Source: Terriglobia bacterium
GTDB taxonomy: Bacteria > Acidobacteriota > Terriglobia > Bryobacterales > Bryobacteraceae
Assembly (NCBI GenBank): GCA_963767545.1
Contig: CAVYEV010000018.1
Span: 84,142-148,141 of the forward strand
Direction: 5' to 3'
Length of the DNA stretch: 64,000 nt
The notes under the pieces are model-generated. The model was not told the origin of the DNA. It worked only from the letters and a program-made list of their open reading frames with translations, and ran no database searches. Shown piece by piece: positions 11,385 to 21,480 of this stretch; position 1 is the first letter of the stretch, and each line of letters starts with the position of its first letter. The position numbers were made by a program, and so were the translations under genes.

Positions 11385-12002
11385 ATGGCGCCGGATCCTG
11401 AGAAAATCACTTTACTCTTGCAGGCAGTCCGCGCGGGCGATGCGGCCTCGGCGGACAAGCTCATGAGCGTCGTGTATACGGATCTCAGGAAAGTCGCGCG
11501 GCGCTACATGTCATCGGAACGGCAAGACCATACCCTGCAGCCGACGGCGGTGGTGAACGAGGTTTTCCTTCGGCTCTTTCGTCCGTCTGAAGACGGGGCG
11601 CACCGGGCGACTCCGGTTGACTGGCAAAATCGTGCACACTTTCTCGGCGTGGCGGCCAGGCAGATGCGCCAGATTCTGATCGATCATGCGCGGCAAAAGA
11701 AGGCCGCGAAGCGAAGTTTTGGAGTCAAGATCGCATTAGACGATGCGGAACCGGGCTCGCTCGCGACCCAGCCGGAGCACGACTTCGAAACTATCGACCA
11801 GTTGCTGGACCTTCTGGCGACCAAGGACCCGGAAGCGGCAAAGGTAGTCGAGTTGAAGTTCTTCGGCGGGCTGACTGATCGCGAGGCCGCTCTGGTCATG
11901 GGGATCAGCATGGCGAAACTGCGGCGGGATTGGGAATTTGCCCGTTCCTGGCTGCGGCACCGCATGGGCGGAGAAAAAAGTTTAAGTGGGAAAAAAAGTT
12001 GA
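11385..12002 (+). CDS. ECF-type RNA polymerase sigma factor (TIGR02999/Sigma70_ECF-like)
   Basis: ITLLLQAVRAGDAASADKLMSVVYTDLRKVARRYM, TLQPTAVVNEVFLRL, WQNRAHFLGVAARQMRQILIDHAR and C-terminal region 4 (ELKFFGGLTDREAALVMGIS). Confidence 0.85.
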   Translation: MAPDPEKITLLLQAVRAGDAASADKLMSVVYTDLRKVARRYMSSERQDHTLQPTAVVNEVFLRLFRPSEDGAHRATPVDWQNRAHFLGVAARQMRQILIDHARQKKAAKRSFGVKIALDDAEPGSLATQPEHDFETIDQLLDLLATKDPEAAKVVELKFFGGLTDREAALVMGISMAKLRRDWEFARSWLRHRMGGEKSLSGKKS

Positions 12003-12052
12003 GCAAAGCGGTAAGGTTTTGCCGCCTGCATACATAGGAAGGTAAGGTCATT

Positions 12053-13428
12053 ATGAAAATCAAGATGCTCTCATGTTTGACAGTGATTGGATTCGCGGCT
12101 GCGCTGGCGGCCGGACAAAACGCTCCGGCGCCCAAAACGGCTACGCCGGCCAAAGCGGCTCCTCGTCCGGCGGCGGCGAAGAGTTCTCCCGTGGACGATG
12201 TCATCGCGATGTCCAAAGGAGCTTTTCGGAGGCCCTGATTATAAAGAAGTTACAGAAGGAGAATAAGCCGGTAGATCTGACGCCGGCGGACATGGTGAAA
12301 CTGAAGAACGCGGGCATCTCCGAGGCTGTGATGGGGGTGATGATGGATCCGGCCAGCACGCCAGCAGCACCGGTCGCGGCTGCCGCCACGCCACCACCAC
12401 CTGCGGCCGAGCCCGCCCCCGCGCCGTCGTCCGCTCCTGCTCCCGCCGCACTCCCGGGCGGCGGCCAAGTGACACCTGCCAGCATGCCGACCGCGCCTTC
12501 GATCAATGCTGCGAAGAAGCGCGTGATCGTCGACGAGTTCGACTACTCGGCCGTCATGACGGGAGTTCAAGCGGTTTTCGGCACGCAACAGAATATCGGT
12601 AAAGGTATACGCGCGATGCTCACCAGCCGCTTAACGCAGCAGGGCAACGTCGTCATCGTGGAACGCGCGAAGATCGGCATGTTGCAGGCGGAGCAGGACA
12701 GAAATGCTGGTAACCGCGTGAAGCAGGGCACGGGCGCACGAATTGGCGGCATCAGCGGCGCCGATGCACTCCTGACCGGGGACATCATCATCTTTGGCCG
12801 GGACGATAAAAAGAAGGGCGGTGCGGCCGCCGCAGTAGGTGGCTTTTGCAGGCTTTGCGGCGCGATTGGTGGGGCGAAAAAAGAGGATAAGGCCGTCGTT
12901 GCCATTAATTACCGTTTCGTCGACGCCGAGACATCGGAAGTGATCGCCAGCGGTGAGGCGCGCGGCGAATCCAAACGCAGCGGCGTTAACTTTGGAGCTA
13001 TCGCTGGCGCTTGGGGAAAAGGCGCAGGCGCAGCGCAAGTCGATATGACGAGTTCGAATTTTGCCGAGACCATCATCGGTGAGGCGACTCAGGATTGCGT
13101 CAACAAACTTGCGGACATCCTGAATACGCAAGCGGGCGTAATGAAGAAAACAGCGCGTTCGATCGAGGGGATGGTCGCCGACGTATCGGGCAGCAGCATG
13201 ACAGTCAATGTCGGCGGCAACGACACGGTCGGCATCGGGGATGTGTTCGAGATTTTCAAGGTCGATCGGGAAGTTAAGGACCCGGTTACGAAGGAAGTTC
13301 TCGACCGGATCACCACGAAAGTCGGCGAACTGACGATCGGCAGCGTACGGGATAAGATCGCCAGCGGTAATTATTCCGGATCGCCGGCGGCGGTCGGCTT
13401 CATTGCGCGCAAGAAACTCGCGCAATAG
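12053..13428 (+). CDS. CsgG/HfaB-family (curli-secretion-like) protein with N-terminal extra domain and Pro/Ala linker (1 frameshift near 12212)
   Basis: Signal peptide MKIKMLSCLTVIGFAAALAAGQ in ORF 12053..12238. The rest, in ORF 12073..13428, has VIVDEFDYSAVMTGVQAVFGTQQNIGKGIRAMLTSRLTQQGNVVIVERAKI and GADALLTGDIIIFGRDD, matching the CsgG pattern. Confidence 0.65.
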
Positions 13429-13450
13429 CTCTATAAGAGAGGAGATCACC

Positions 13451-14416
13451 ATGATTGCCAGACGCTTATCGATTCTCGTTCTGATCTGCGCCTCAACTGC
13501 CGCGGCGCAGACCAAGAAAGCGATGTACATCGAAAACTTCGATTATTCGGCTGTGATGAGTGCCGTCCAGGCCATCTTCGGAACACAGCAGAATATAGGT
13601 CAGGGCATCAACGCCATGATGACGAAGCGCATCCAGCAGGATGGCCGCTTCACTGTCGTGGAGCGGCGTAAGGTCGCGGCTCTTACCAAGGAACAGGATT
13701 TCGACGCCAGCAACCGCGTGAAGCGCGGAACGGGCGCGCGCGTTGGCCAGATTCGGGGCGCGGACCTGACCTTGATGGGCGACATCGTGGTGTTCGGGCG
13801 CGATGACCGGCGGCGCAGCGGCGTTGTCGGCGCGGTGGTTCCAGGCGCCGGCGGCATCATCGGCGGACACAGCAATACCGACAAGGCCGTCGTGGTGCTC
13901 GATTACCGCATCGTCGATGTGGAAACATCGGAGGTGATCGCCAGCGGCGAGGCCCGCGGTGAATCGAAGCGCAGCAGTAAGGGTTTCGGCGCTGCTCTCC
14001 TTGTTGGCTGGACCGGCGCGGGTGGCGCATTCGACATGTCGAGCTCCAATTTCGGCGAAACAATTATCGGCGAAGCCACCATGGACGCCGTCAACCAACT
14101 CTCGGAGCAGATCAAGACGGTCAATCTCTCCGGCGGCGCGGGAGACCGGTCCGTAGACCTCGATGCCCGCGTTGCCGATGTCAGCGGAAACAGTGTCACC
14201 ATCAATGCGGGTCAGTCGGCCGGGTTGCAGGTGGGACAGACGTTCACGATTTATCACAAAGGTAAGGAGATCAAAGACCCGTCCACCGGCGAAGTCCTGG
14301 ATGTGCAGACTACTCCACTCGGACAATTGACGATCACCATGGTTCGCGATCGGATCGCGGTGGGTAATTTTAGCGGGACTGCCGCTCCAGTCGTGGGCGA
14401 CGTGGTTAGAAAGTAG
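13451..14416 (+). CDS. CsgG/HfaB-family protein, paralog of the preceding gene
   Basis: ATG 13451 preceded by GAGAGGAG. Signal peptide MIARRLSILVLICASTAAAQ, with the same motif series as the upstream paralog (IENFDYSAVMSAVQAIFGTQQNIGQGINAMMTKRIQQDGRFTVVERRKV, GADLTLMGDIVVFGRDD). Confidence 0.7.
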   Translation: MIARRLSILVLICASTAAAQTKKAMYIENFDYSAVMSAVQAIFGTQQNIGQGINAMMTKRIQQDGRFTVVERRKVAALTKEQDFDASNRVKRGTGARVGQIRGADLTLMGDIVVFGRDDRRRSGVVGAVVPGAGGIIGGHSNTDKAVVVLDYRIVDVETSEVIASGEARGESKRSSKGFGAALLVGWTGAGGAFDMSSSNFGETIIGEATMDAVNQLSEQIKTVNLSGGAGDRSVDLDARVADVSGNSVTINAGQSAGLQVGQTFTIYHKGKEIKDPSTGEVLDVQTTPLGQLTITMVRDRIAVGNFSGTAAPVVGDVVRK

Positions 14417-14423
14417 GCTAGCT

Positions 14424-14759
14424 ATGAAAACGTGGGAAGGTCTATTTGCCGCAATGCTGCTGATGAGTCCGGCAATGGGGCAGGACGCATCCGCAATGAA
14501 GGCCGCGCGTCTGCGCTTCGGACAGGTGGCCACGAGGGCTATCGCCAATTTTCGTTCCGCGGATTCTATTGAGGCGAGATTAAGAGCGCAGGGAAGCACG
14601 CTGCATCCTTCTCTGATCACGCTGCGTTTGCGCATCGAGTCAGCGCTCGATGAAGCTGAGGCCGCCCTTAAGAAGGGCGATTTGGATTCCGCCGGCGAGC
14701 AAATCAAAATGGCGGAAGGGATGGTCGATAAGTTCGCGCATAGACTTGGAGGCGACTAA
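14424..14759 (+). CDS. small secreted helical protein (111 aa)
   Basis: Signal peptide MKTWEGLFAAMLLMSPAMG. Starts 7 nt after the previous stop. The C-terminal motif is shared with the next two gene products. Confidence 0.5.
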   Translation: MKTWEGLFAAMLLMSPAMGQDASAMKAARLRFGQVATRAIANFRSADSIEARLRAQGSTLHPSLITLRLRIESALDEAEAALKKGDLDSAGEQIKMAEGMVDKFAHRLGGD

Positions 14760-14761
14760 CA

Positions 14762-15481
14762 ATGCCCCGATCAACGTGTCTGTCCCGCTCCGCATTGTTG
14801 CCGCTTCTGTGCCTATCAGCTTTCGGACAGGAACCCCAATGGCGGCGCGAGTTGACGGATCTGATGACAAAGCCGCAGGGTAGCGCGAACTTGCAGGATA
14901 TACGACGCTTCGAAGAGAATACTCGTCTGGCCGCGCCGTATCTCAACGCGCGAACTCCTGGAGATTACGAGGCGAATCGCGAATTGATCCGGCGCATGAC
15001 GGCGTATCTGGCAGCCATGAATATGATGGCGCGCGATCCCCAAATGCGCTTTGCATTGCGGCGCGCAAATCAGGCGCTCTTTTCATTACGTTATGCACCG
15101 AACGATGGCGCCGACGCCCGGACCGGACCGGAAAAGCCAGCTCCAGAAAAACCTGCCGAGGCGCCTTATGTGCTTCGCGCACCCGATATTCCGAACGTAC
15201 CCGAGTCCGATAAGCGCACCGCGCGAGACCTCCAGTCGCGCTACGAAGATGCTGCCTCGCGAGCGGTCGCGGCATGGCAATCGGCGGAGGTCATAAAACA
15301 GAATCTGGCCGCCGACGGAATGACGCTGAACACGCAAACCGCCACATCGATTACCCGCATTCAGCTCTATCTGGAGACTGCGGCGGACGCCTTGCGTGAA
15401 CAGGATTGGGAAGACGCGCGGCTCAACATCGAACGCGCCGAGTACGAGACAGAGAAAGTTTTGAAGACAGTCGGACGTTAG
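14762..15481 (+). CDS. secreted hypothetical protein (239 aa)
   Basis: Signal peptide. Starts 2 nt after the previous stop. The C-terminus is REQDWEDARLNIERAEYETEKVLKTVGR. Confidence 0.5.
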   Translation: MPRSTCLSRSALLPLLCLSAFGQEPQWRRELTDLMTKPQGSANLQDIRRFEENTRLAAPYLNARTPGDYEANRELIRRMTAYLAAMNMMARDPQMRFALRRANQALFSLRYAPNDGADARTGPEKPAPEKPAEAPYVLRAPDIPNVPESDKRTARDLQSRYEDAASRAVAAWQSAEVIKQNLAADGMTLNTQTATSITRIQLYLETAADALREQDWEDARLNIERAEYETEKVLKTVGR

Positions 15482-15508
15482 CATTCGAAATCTAAAACGA
15501 GAATTCAT

Positions 15509-17977
15509 ATGACTCCGCAAGCCACTCAATTCTGCGCCAAGTGCGGCGCGCCGATGTCCGCCGATGCGCGCTTTTGCGGAGGGTGCGGCACTTCGGCGGC
15601 CAGCAATGTCTGCGACACCTTCGGACGGATTGACCAATTTCACCCGGGTCCGCCAGTTGTTCGATCAGGCTCAATCGATTCCTCCCGCGCAGCGCGAAAG
15701 CTGGATGGCGGACGCATGCAAGGGCGATCCCGCGCTTCTCTCGGAACTGCGCTCCATGCTGCAACCCTCGAGTGGGTTCATGCAGCAGCCTGCGGGTGCC
15801 ATGCCAGGCGTCAGGCCGGCCGGATCGACGTTCGGAATGACGGTATTGGAGCCGATCCCCCAGTCCGGATACTCATCCCCACCTCCGCCCACATACCCGT
15901 CCGTGCCACCGCCCTCATACTCATCGGCGCCTCCGCCCGCTCCCCCGCCCTCCGCGCCGCCCTCCGGCCAGTTCGTCGGACCCTATCGGCTGCTGCGGGA
16001 ATTGGGACGTGGCGGCATGGGAGTCGTCTTCCTGGCCATGCGCGACGACGGAGCGTTTCGCAAGAACGTCGCGTTGAAGGTTCTGCTGCGGGATCAGGTG
16101 AATCAGGAATTCATTCTGCGCTTCAAGCAGGAACGCCAGGTGGTGGCCGCGCTTGACCACCCGAATATCGCCCGCATTCTGGATGGCGGAGATGCGCCGG
16201 ACGGCATGCCGTACTACGTCATGGAGTACGTCGAAGGGATGCCGCTCGATCAATACTGCGATCAGCAGCGTCTCTCGATCACCGGGCGGATCAAAGTGTT
16301 CCAGCAGGTCTGCATGGCGGTGCACTATCTGCACCAGAACCTGATCGTGCATCGCGACCTGAAGCCGAGCAACATCCTGGTTTCGTCCGAAGGCGTAGTC
16401 AAACTGCTTGATTTCGGAATCGCCAAAGTAGTGGGCGCGGCAGCGCTCTCTGCGCAGGAACTGACCAGCGCGCAAGGCCGTCCGATGACGCCGACGTATG
16501 CGAGTCCCGAACAACTGCAGGGCGCAACGCTGCAGAAAACGTCCGATATCTATTCACTCGGCGTGATTCTGTACCGGCTCCTGACGGGGCGCAATCCCTA
16601 TCAGGATCTCGACGACAAAATAGCGAAACTGGCCTCGCGCGAAGATCCGCCGCTGCCCAGCCAGAATATTCGCGAGGATCTGCGCGCGACTCCGGAGAGC
16701 ACCGCGCAGTTGCGGCGCACCATGCTGGGCGAGCTCGACAGCATCGTCTTGATGTCGATGCGCTACGACCCAAAGGCGCGTTACCAATCGGCGGCGGACC
16801 TTTCGAGCGATTTGCAGCATTTCCTCGATGGCCAGTCCGTTACCGCCTACCACGATTCGATGGCCGGCAAATCGATGAAGCTGATCAAGCGGAAGCGCGC
16901 GGCCATTGGCGTCCTGGTCGGCTTTCTCTTGCTTGGCAGCTTCGGCGGATGGCAGTGGTGGCGCGCCGAACAGCAGAAGACAGAAGCGGCGGCGTACCAG
17001 GCGCACCTTCGCGATGAGCTCGAGAAGCTGGAAAGCACTACCGGGACGCCACAACCTGGCCAGCCCGCTCTCACCGGCGAGGAATTGAACAAGGCCATCG
17101 CCAAAAGCCTTCACGATGTCCGGGCGTTGAAGAAAGCGTTCGGGACCGATTTCACCAAATCGCTCGCGATCCGCCCGGGATACACACCCGAACGCGCGGC
17201 ATTGCTCGACCGCGGCGTCCGTGACCTCGATAAGGTACGCGCATCCGCGCCCCCCGATCCCCAGCTCGGTATGGAAATGGCCGACGGGTATCACCAACTG
17301 GGATCTATTGCAGGAGACCACGGCGCAAGGAAAGAACTATCGGGCCGCGAGCAGCACCTATCAGAAAGGGGCCGACGTTCTGAGCGCGTATCCCGATAAT
17401 CCGGGCGCAAGGCAGCGGACCGCGGGCCTGAACGAGCGCATACGCTTATTGAAGAGCGGCCAGGCTTCCGGCCAGACAGCAAGCCAAACCGCGGCGGCGA
17501 CGGAACTCGGCAAACCGACGCCTATCGCCGAGGTTCAACCGCAACCTCCGCCAGTTACACCCGTTGCCCAACCGAAGCCTGTGATTGCGACGCCGGTGAA
17601 AGTCGCTCAAAAGCAGGCGACCGCGACCGCCCCGCCTGTCGAAGTTCCGCAGCCGTTGCCGCCCGTTGAAGCACCGCCGCCACCGCCTGCTCATCCGGGA
17701 GTCTCTGCCGCGGAGAAGGCCGATATTGAAGACCGGATGCTCAACGCGACCTCGAAAGTGCAGATCGCCGACCAGAGTATCGAGCCAGTCCGGCAGAGTC
17801 TGGCACGCACAGGACAATCCCTGAACCCCGACACGGCAGCGGCCGCGAACAGCATGCACGCAAGACTAGATAAGGCCAAACGCGAAATCGCCGCCGGCGA
17901 CATGGCGGCAGCCGAAGGAAGATATCGCCGCGGCCGATGGCTTGGCTGCCAAGGTCCTAAAAGCGGTGGGAAGATAA
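15509..17977 (+). pseudogene. Ser/Thr protein kinase with possible N-terminal double zinc ribbon, TM helix and Pro-rich C-terminal region (2-3 frameshifts; alternative start ATG 15606)
   Basis: FCAKCGAPMSADARFCGGCG at 15509. The kinase frame (15564..17399) has GRGGMGVVFLA, VALKVL, HRDLKPSNIL, DFGIAK and SPEQ motifs, then the TM helix AAIGVLVGFLLLGSFGGW. The C-terminus continues in frame 17221..18009 and, after a shift near 17915, ends AAKVLKAVGR-stop at 17977. Confidence 0.75.
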
Positions 17978-18005
17978 GGTACGCCGCGCGATCGATCTAC
18001 ACGGA

Positions 18006-18458
18006 TTAGTACGGCAGATTCTCCAGGTCGGCCAGATCCTTAGCCCGTCCGCTCGCCGCCTTGTTTTCCCGCAAACGAGCGAGACTGATCACCGGAATCA
18101 GAACGTCCTCGATCTGATTCATCTCCTTTTCGGCGTAACACTCTTCAAACTCTGCTCCCGAAATAGAAGTGAGAATCACAATCCGAATGGGTGGCACGCC
18201 CATCCGAACGATGTTATCTCTTGCGCGGAATAGGCCGGACGTCAGGCCTTCCGCGGCGAACCCGAACTCGCGGACTGCGCGCTCAATTTTTGCAGCGTTC
18301 TCCGGATCGATATTCACCCAAATATCGAGATCGTTGGTGGCCCTCACGTAGCCGTAGATCCCGACAGCGTAGCCGCCAATCAACAGGTATTCAACGTCGT
18401 TCGAGTTGAGCAACTTCAAGAACTCTTTGAAGTCCCTCACTAGCGCTGGTATAGCCAT
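18006..18458 (-). CDS. nucleotidyltransferase-fold protein (TA-like NTase family)
   Basis: ATG 18458. VEYLLIGGYAVGIYGYVRATNDLDIWV is a minimal NTase G-x-x and D-x-D style motif. Confidence 0.5.
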   Translation of the reverse strand: MAIPALVRDFKEFLKLLNSNDVEYLLIGGYAVGIYGYVRATNDLDIWVNIDPENAAKIERAVREFGFAAEGLTSGLFRARDNIVRMGVPPIRIVILTSISGAEFEECYAEKEMNQIEDVLIPVISLARLRENKAASGRAKDLADLENLPY

Positions 18459-18618
18459 AGAGGGTCCTTCGCAAAAGTTCGAGCGCCCGAAGGCGCTCCT
18501 CAACCGGTCGGGATAACCAGTATTCAAGCGAATCGTCCGGATCGGTCAAGCGCGCAACGGATAATGCCGTGCGGTCCAGCCGGAACTCGTCAGGCTTATC
18601 CTCGGATGTCATATTCAC
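18391..18618 (-). CDS. small partner protein upstream of the NTase (75 aa)
   Basis: Intact ORF that overlaps the NTase start by 68 nt. LEYWLSRPVEERLRALELLRR resembles small proteins I recall as often paired with such NTases. Confidence 0.4.
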   Translation of the reverse strand: MNMTSEDKPDEFRLDRTALSVARLTDPDDSLEYWLSRPVEERLRALELLRRTLYGYTSASEGLQRVLEVAQLERR

Positions 18619-18620
18619 CG

Positions 18621-19592
18621 CTACTTAGCATACTTCTTGTACTGCTCGGCGATCTTCGCGGTCTCGTAATCTCCCGGATGAATGAGTACACGGAAGCGGT
18701 AGCGCAGATTGTGGCCCGGCTCGATGGTGACACCGCCGGGTCCCGGCGCATTCTTATCGAAATCGTGCAGACCAAAGGGATTGATGCCGAACAGTCCGTA
18801 GCCGCGAGTGTGCCAGCGATTTGGATACCCGGGGTTCTTCGGATAATCGAACATCGCGATACCGATCTTCTCTCCATTCACCTCGCCGTAGTAGTCCATC
18901 CACGCGGATCGCTTACCCCAATCGTTCTCCTCGCCTTTGTTGCCTTCCGCATTCACCATCGTACCGGTGCGCTTGGGTTCCTGCGGCCCTTTCTTCTGCG
19001 GATACTCGAGCCACGGCGCAAGGCGCATTGAGAAGGTCCCTTCCTTGGTGTCGCCGAAATTGACCTTCGTCTTCGGCTCCAGGTTGAGATCGAAATCGAT
19101 CTGCCGATTTTGCGGCCCGGCCGCGTCGCCCGAGTAGAACGTCATGGTCCGATGCTCGACCAGCAACACCTTGCCGCCGGCGGTCCATTCGATGTCGCAT
19201 TGGATTATGCCAGTGGTATCGCCGCTCTTTACCTTCACGTTCTTGACGATCTGTTTGCCTGAATTCTTCGAATGGGCCGCCTGTTCGTTAGCCCAGAAGT
19301 TGAAGCCGTTCACGTCGCCATGACCGAACCACAGCCCGCGATGATGTGGATGGTCCGTGGACTCGCCCTGATGCGTTTTGTCCACCGGCCAATAGCGCGT
19401 CACCACGGTTCCGCTCGCCGCGCGCAAAGGCCACAGAAACGGCTTGGCGTAATCTTCGCCTTGGATCACGAAATCGGTAAAAGGCTTGCCGTCGATTTCG
19501 ACCGCGATCTTCTCCGGCCCCTGCGTGATTTTCACCTGCGCCCAGAGAGGCGCAAGGGCGAGAGAACAAGCGAGTAGAGCGTTCTTCAGCAT
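18621..19592 (-). CDS. PmoA-family (DUF6807) secreted protein
   Basis: ATG 19592 and signal peptide MLKNALLACSLALAPLWA. HPHHRGLWFGHGDVNG, GDTKEGTFSMRL and GYGLFGINPFG are characteristic. Confidence 0.7.
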   Translation of the reverse strand: MLKNALLACSLALAPLWAQVKITQGPEKIAVEIDGKPFTDFVIQGEDYAKPFLWPLRAASGTVVTRYWPVDKTHQGESTDHPHHRGLWFGHGDVNGFNFWANEQAAHSKNSGKQIVKNVKVKSGDTTGIIQCDIEWTAGGKVLLVEHRTMTFYSGDAAGPQNRQIDFDLNLEPKTKVNFGDTKEGTFSMRLAPWLEYPQKKGPQEPKRTGTMVNAEGNKGEENDWGKRSAWMDYYGEVNGEKIGIAMFDYPKNPGYPNRWHTRGYGLFGINPFGLHDFDKNAPGPGGVTIEPGHNLRYRFRVLIHPGDYETAKIAEQYKKYAK

Positions 19593-19617
19593 GAGATCAG
19601 TAAAACACAACGCGCGA

Positions 19618-20346
19618 TCAGTCGGCGAGCGGCCGGTACCAGATGTTCCTGAACCGCATGAAAGTCGTCTTGGCGTCCGGGTGATGATGATCTTGCAGCC
19701 GCAGAGGCGCGGACTCGCAGACATTCTGATCTGCCGCTCCCGGCGTCGGCCCTTTGATCGTCACGTGATCCTGGATTAGCGTGCCGTTCTGCAACAGCGT
19801 CAGCGTTCCCGGCGTAGTGACCTGCCCGCCTGTACACTTCGGCGCATGGAATATGATGTCGTAAGACTGCCACTGCTCTGGCTTGCGCGACACGTTGACC
19901 AAAGGCGGATACTGCCCATAGAGCGCTCCACAAGACCCATCGGCGTACGTCGGGTTTTCGAATGAGTCGAGGACCTGAATCTCGTAGCGCCCCTGCAGAT
20001 ACACGCCGCTGTTGCCGCGCGCCTGGTCATGCTGTTGCGGCATGTAGGGAATGGCGAACTCCACATGGATCTGAGCGCTGCCGATCTTGCGTTTCGTAAA
20101 GATATCGCCCGTCCCGGAGTTGCAGACGATCGCGCCCTTTTCGATGGGCCACTTGGCGGGACTTCCGTTCTTGTGAACCCACTCGGAGGCATCCTTTCCG
20201 TCGAAGAGGATCACCGCGTCGGACGGCGGCCCGCCAACCGCTTCAGGCGGCGAGACAACTTTAGGTTGCGGCAGACTGCGATTCTGAGCACAGCAGACGA
20301 TTACCGCCAGGATAACAGCACCGGTAAAAATAAGAGATTTGCGCAT
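19618..20346 (-). CDS. DUF1080 (3-keto-disaccharide hydrolase-like) domain protein, secreted
   Basis: ATG 20346 and a signal peptide. LFDGKDASEWV, NSGVYLQGRYEIQVLDS, LLQNGTLIQDHV and FRNIWYRPL match the DUF1080 pattern. Confidence 0.7.
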   Translation of the reverse strand: MRKSLIFTGAVILAVIVCCAQNRSLPQPKVVSPPEAVGGPPSDAVILFDGKDASEWVHKNGSPAKWPIEKGAIVCNSGTGDIFTKRKIGSAQIHVEFAIPYMPQQHDQARGNSGVYLQGRYEIQVLDSFENPTYADGSCGALYGQYPPLVNVSRKPEQWQSYDIIFHAPKCTGGQVTTPGTLTLLQNGTLIQDHVTIKGPTPGAADQNVCESAPLRLQDHHHPDAKTTFMRFRNIWYRPLAD

Positions 20347-20417
20347 CGGCTCTAGCATAATGCAATGCGGTTCGCCGCGGTGTTGGCGCGCCTTGCTACA
20401 GTTGAAGTTCACCCTGA

Positions 20418-21464
20418 ATGCGCGCTTTTACTGACTGGTACGGCCGCCGGATGATCGAATGGGAAAACCGGCTGGCGTTCCGCACGAACAACCGAGTAGT
20501 CCGGCCTTTTGCGTGGGGCCTGGACTGGGCACAACGGTGGCCCATAGCCGCGCGGTTGCCGCGCAATGGCCACGATCCCGAAGCCTATATTCGAGTGCTC
20601 AACAGCGAGGCGATCGCCAATAGCGATCAGTTCTTCGCATACCAAACGCCGCTCGATTTCCGCGTTGAGGGCGCCATGCTGCGCTTTACTTCGCCGGTTG
20701 ACACGCCGTATCCGGCGAACAACATAGTGAATGCCCGTTGGTTTCCAGCCAAGAGGCCGGGAAAGAAAGCGGTCGTCGTGCTGCCACACTGGAACGCGAG
20801 TTTTGGGCAGCACGCGGCGCTCTGCAAGGGGCTCGCGGCCTTGGGCGTTCCGGCGCTCCGCCTGAGTCTCCCGTACCATGATTTCCGCATGCCGCCTGAA
20901 TTGCAACGCGCCGATTACGCGGTATCGGCGAATATCGCACGTACCATCGACGCCACGCGCCAGGCGGTGATCGACTCGCGCGCCTGCTTCGACTGGTTGC
21001 AACAACAGGGCTACGAAAGCCTCGGGATCGTTGGCACGAGCCTCGGTTCCTGCTATGCATTCCTTGCGAGCGCGCACGACCCCCGGTTGCGCGTCAACGT
21101 GTTCAACCACTGCTCCACCTACTTCGCTGATGTAGTATGGACAGGCCTCTCGACCCAGCATATTCGTACGGGAATCGAAGCGGATATTGATCTCGATCGT
21201 CTGCGCGAGGCATGGAAAGCCGTCAGTCCCATTTTCTATATGGATCGGTACGCCGCCCTGCCCAAGAAGTCGCTGTTCATCTATACCTCGTACGACACGA
21301 CATTCCTGCCCGAGCTCTCGCGGCAGACAATTCAAGAAGTGCGGCGGCGCCGGATCGATGCGAAGATCGTGGAGTTGCCTTGCGGTCACTACACTCTAGG
21401 CGAGACGCCCTTCAAATACATCGACGGTTACCAAATCTGTTCGTTCCTAAAGCGCCATCTTTAG
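20418..21464 (+). CDS. alpha/beta hydrolase family protein
   Basis: Intact 348-aa ORF with nucleophile elbow GIVGTSLGSCYA (G-x-S-x-G) and C-terminal CGHYTLGE (His). Confidence 0.6.
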   Translation: MRAFTDWYGRRMIEWENRLAFRTNNRVVRPFAWGLDWAQRWPIAARLPRNGHDPEAYIRVLNSEAIANSDQFFAYQTPLDFRVEGAMLRFTSPVDTPYPANNIVNARWFPAKRPGKKAVVVLPHWNASFGQHAALCKGLAALGVPALRLSLPYHDFRMPPELQRADYAVSANIARTIDATRQAVIDSRACFDWLQQQGYESLGIVGTSLGSCYAFLASAHDPRLRVNVFNHCSTYFADVVWTGLSTQHIRTGIEADIDLDRLREAWKAVSPIFYMDRYAALPKKSLFIYTSYDTTFLPELSRQTIQEVRRRRIDAKIVELPCGHYTLGETPFKYIDGYQICSFLKRHL

Positions 21465-21480
21465 TACCCGTCCTTTCAAT

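Noticed and set aside
13493-14707. 404-aa ORF on the minus strand. The same class includes 12631..13530(-), 20409..21389(-), 34044..34916(-), 41789..42769(-), 4018..4821(-), 28014..28640(+), 24367..25323(+), 59845..60615(+) and 60706..61404(+).
   Set aside because: All lie antisense to genes with clear family motifs. They are Arg/Ala/Gly-rich with no recognisable domains, as expected for spurious open frames in high-GC DNA.
15509-16156. 215-aa ORF treated as an independent gene.
   Set aside because: Only the first 31 or so codons (the double zinc ribbon) look genuine. The rest is an out-of-frame reading of the kinase gene, so it is interpreted as the kinase N-terminus plus a frameshift, or as a short upstream ORF.
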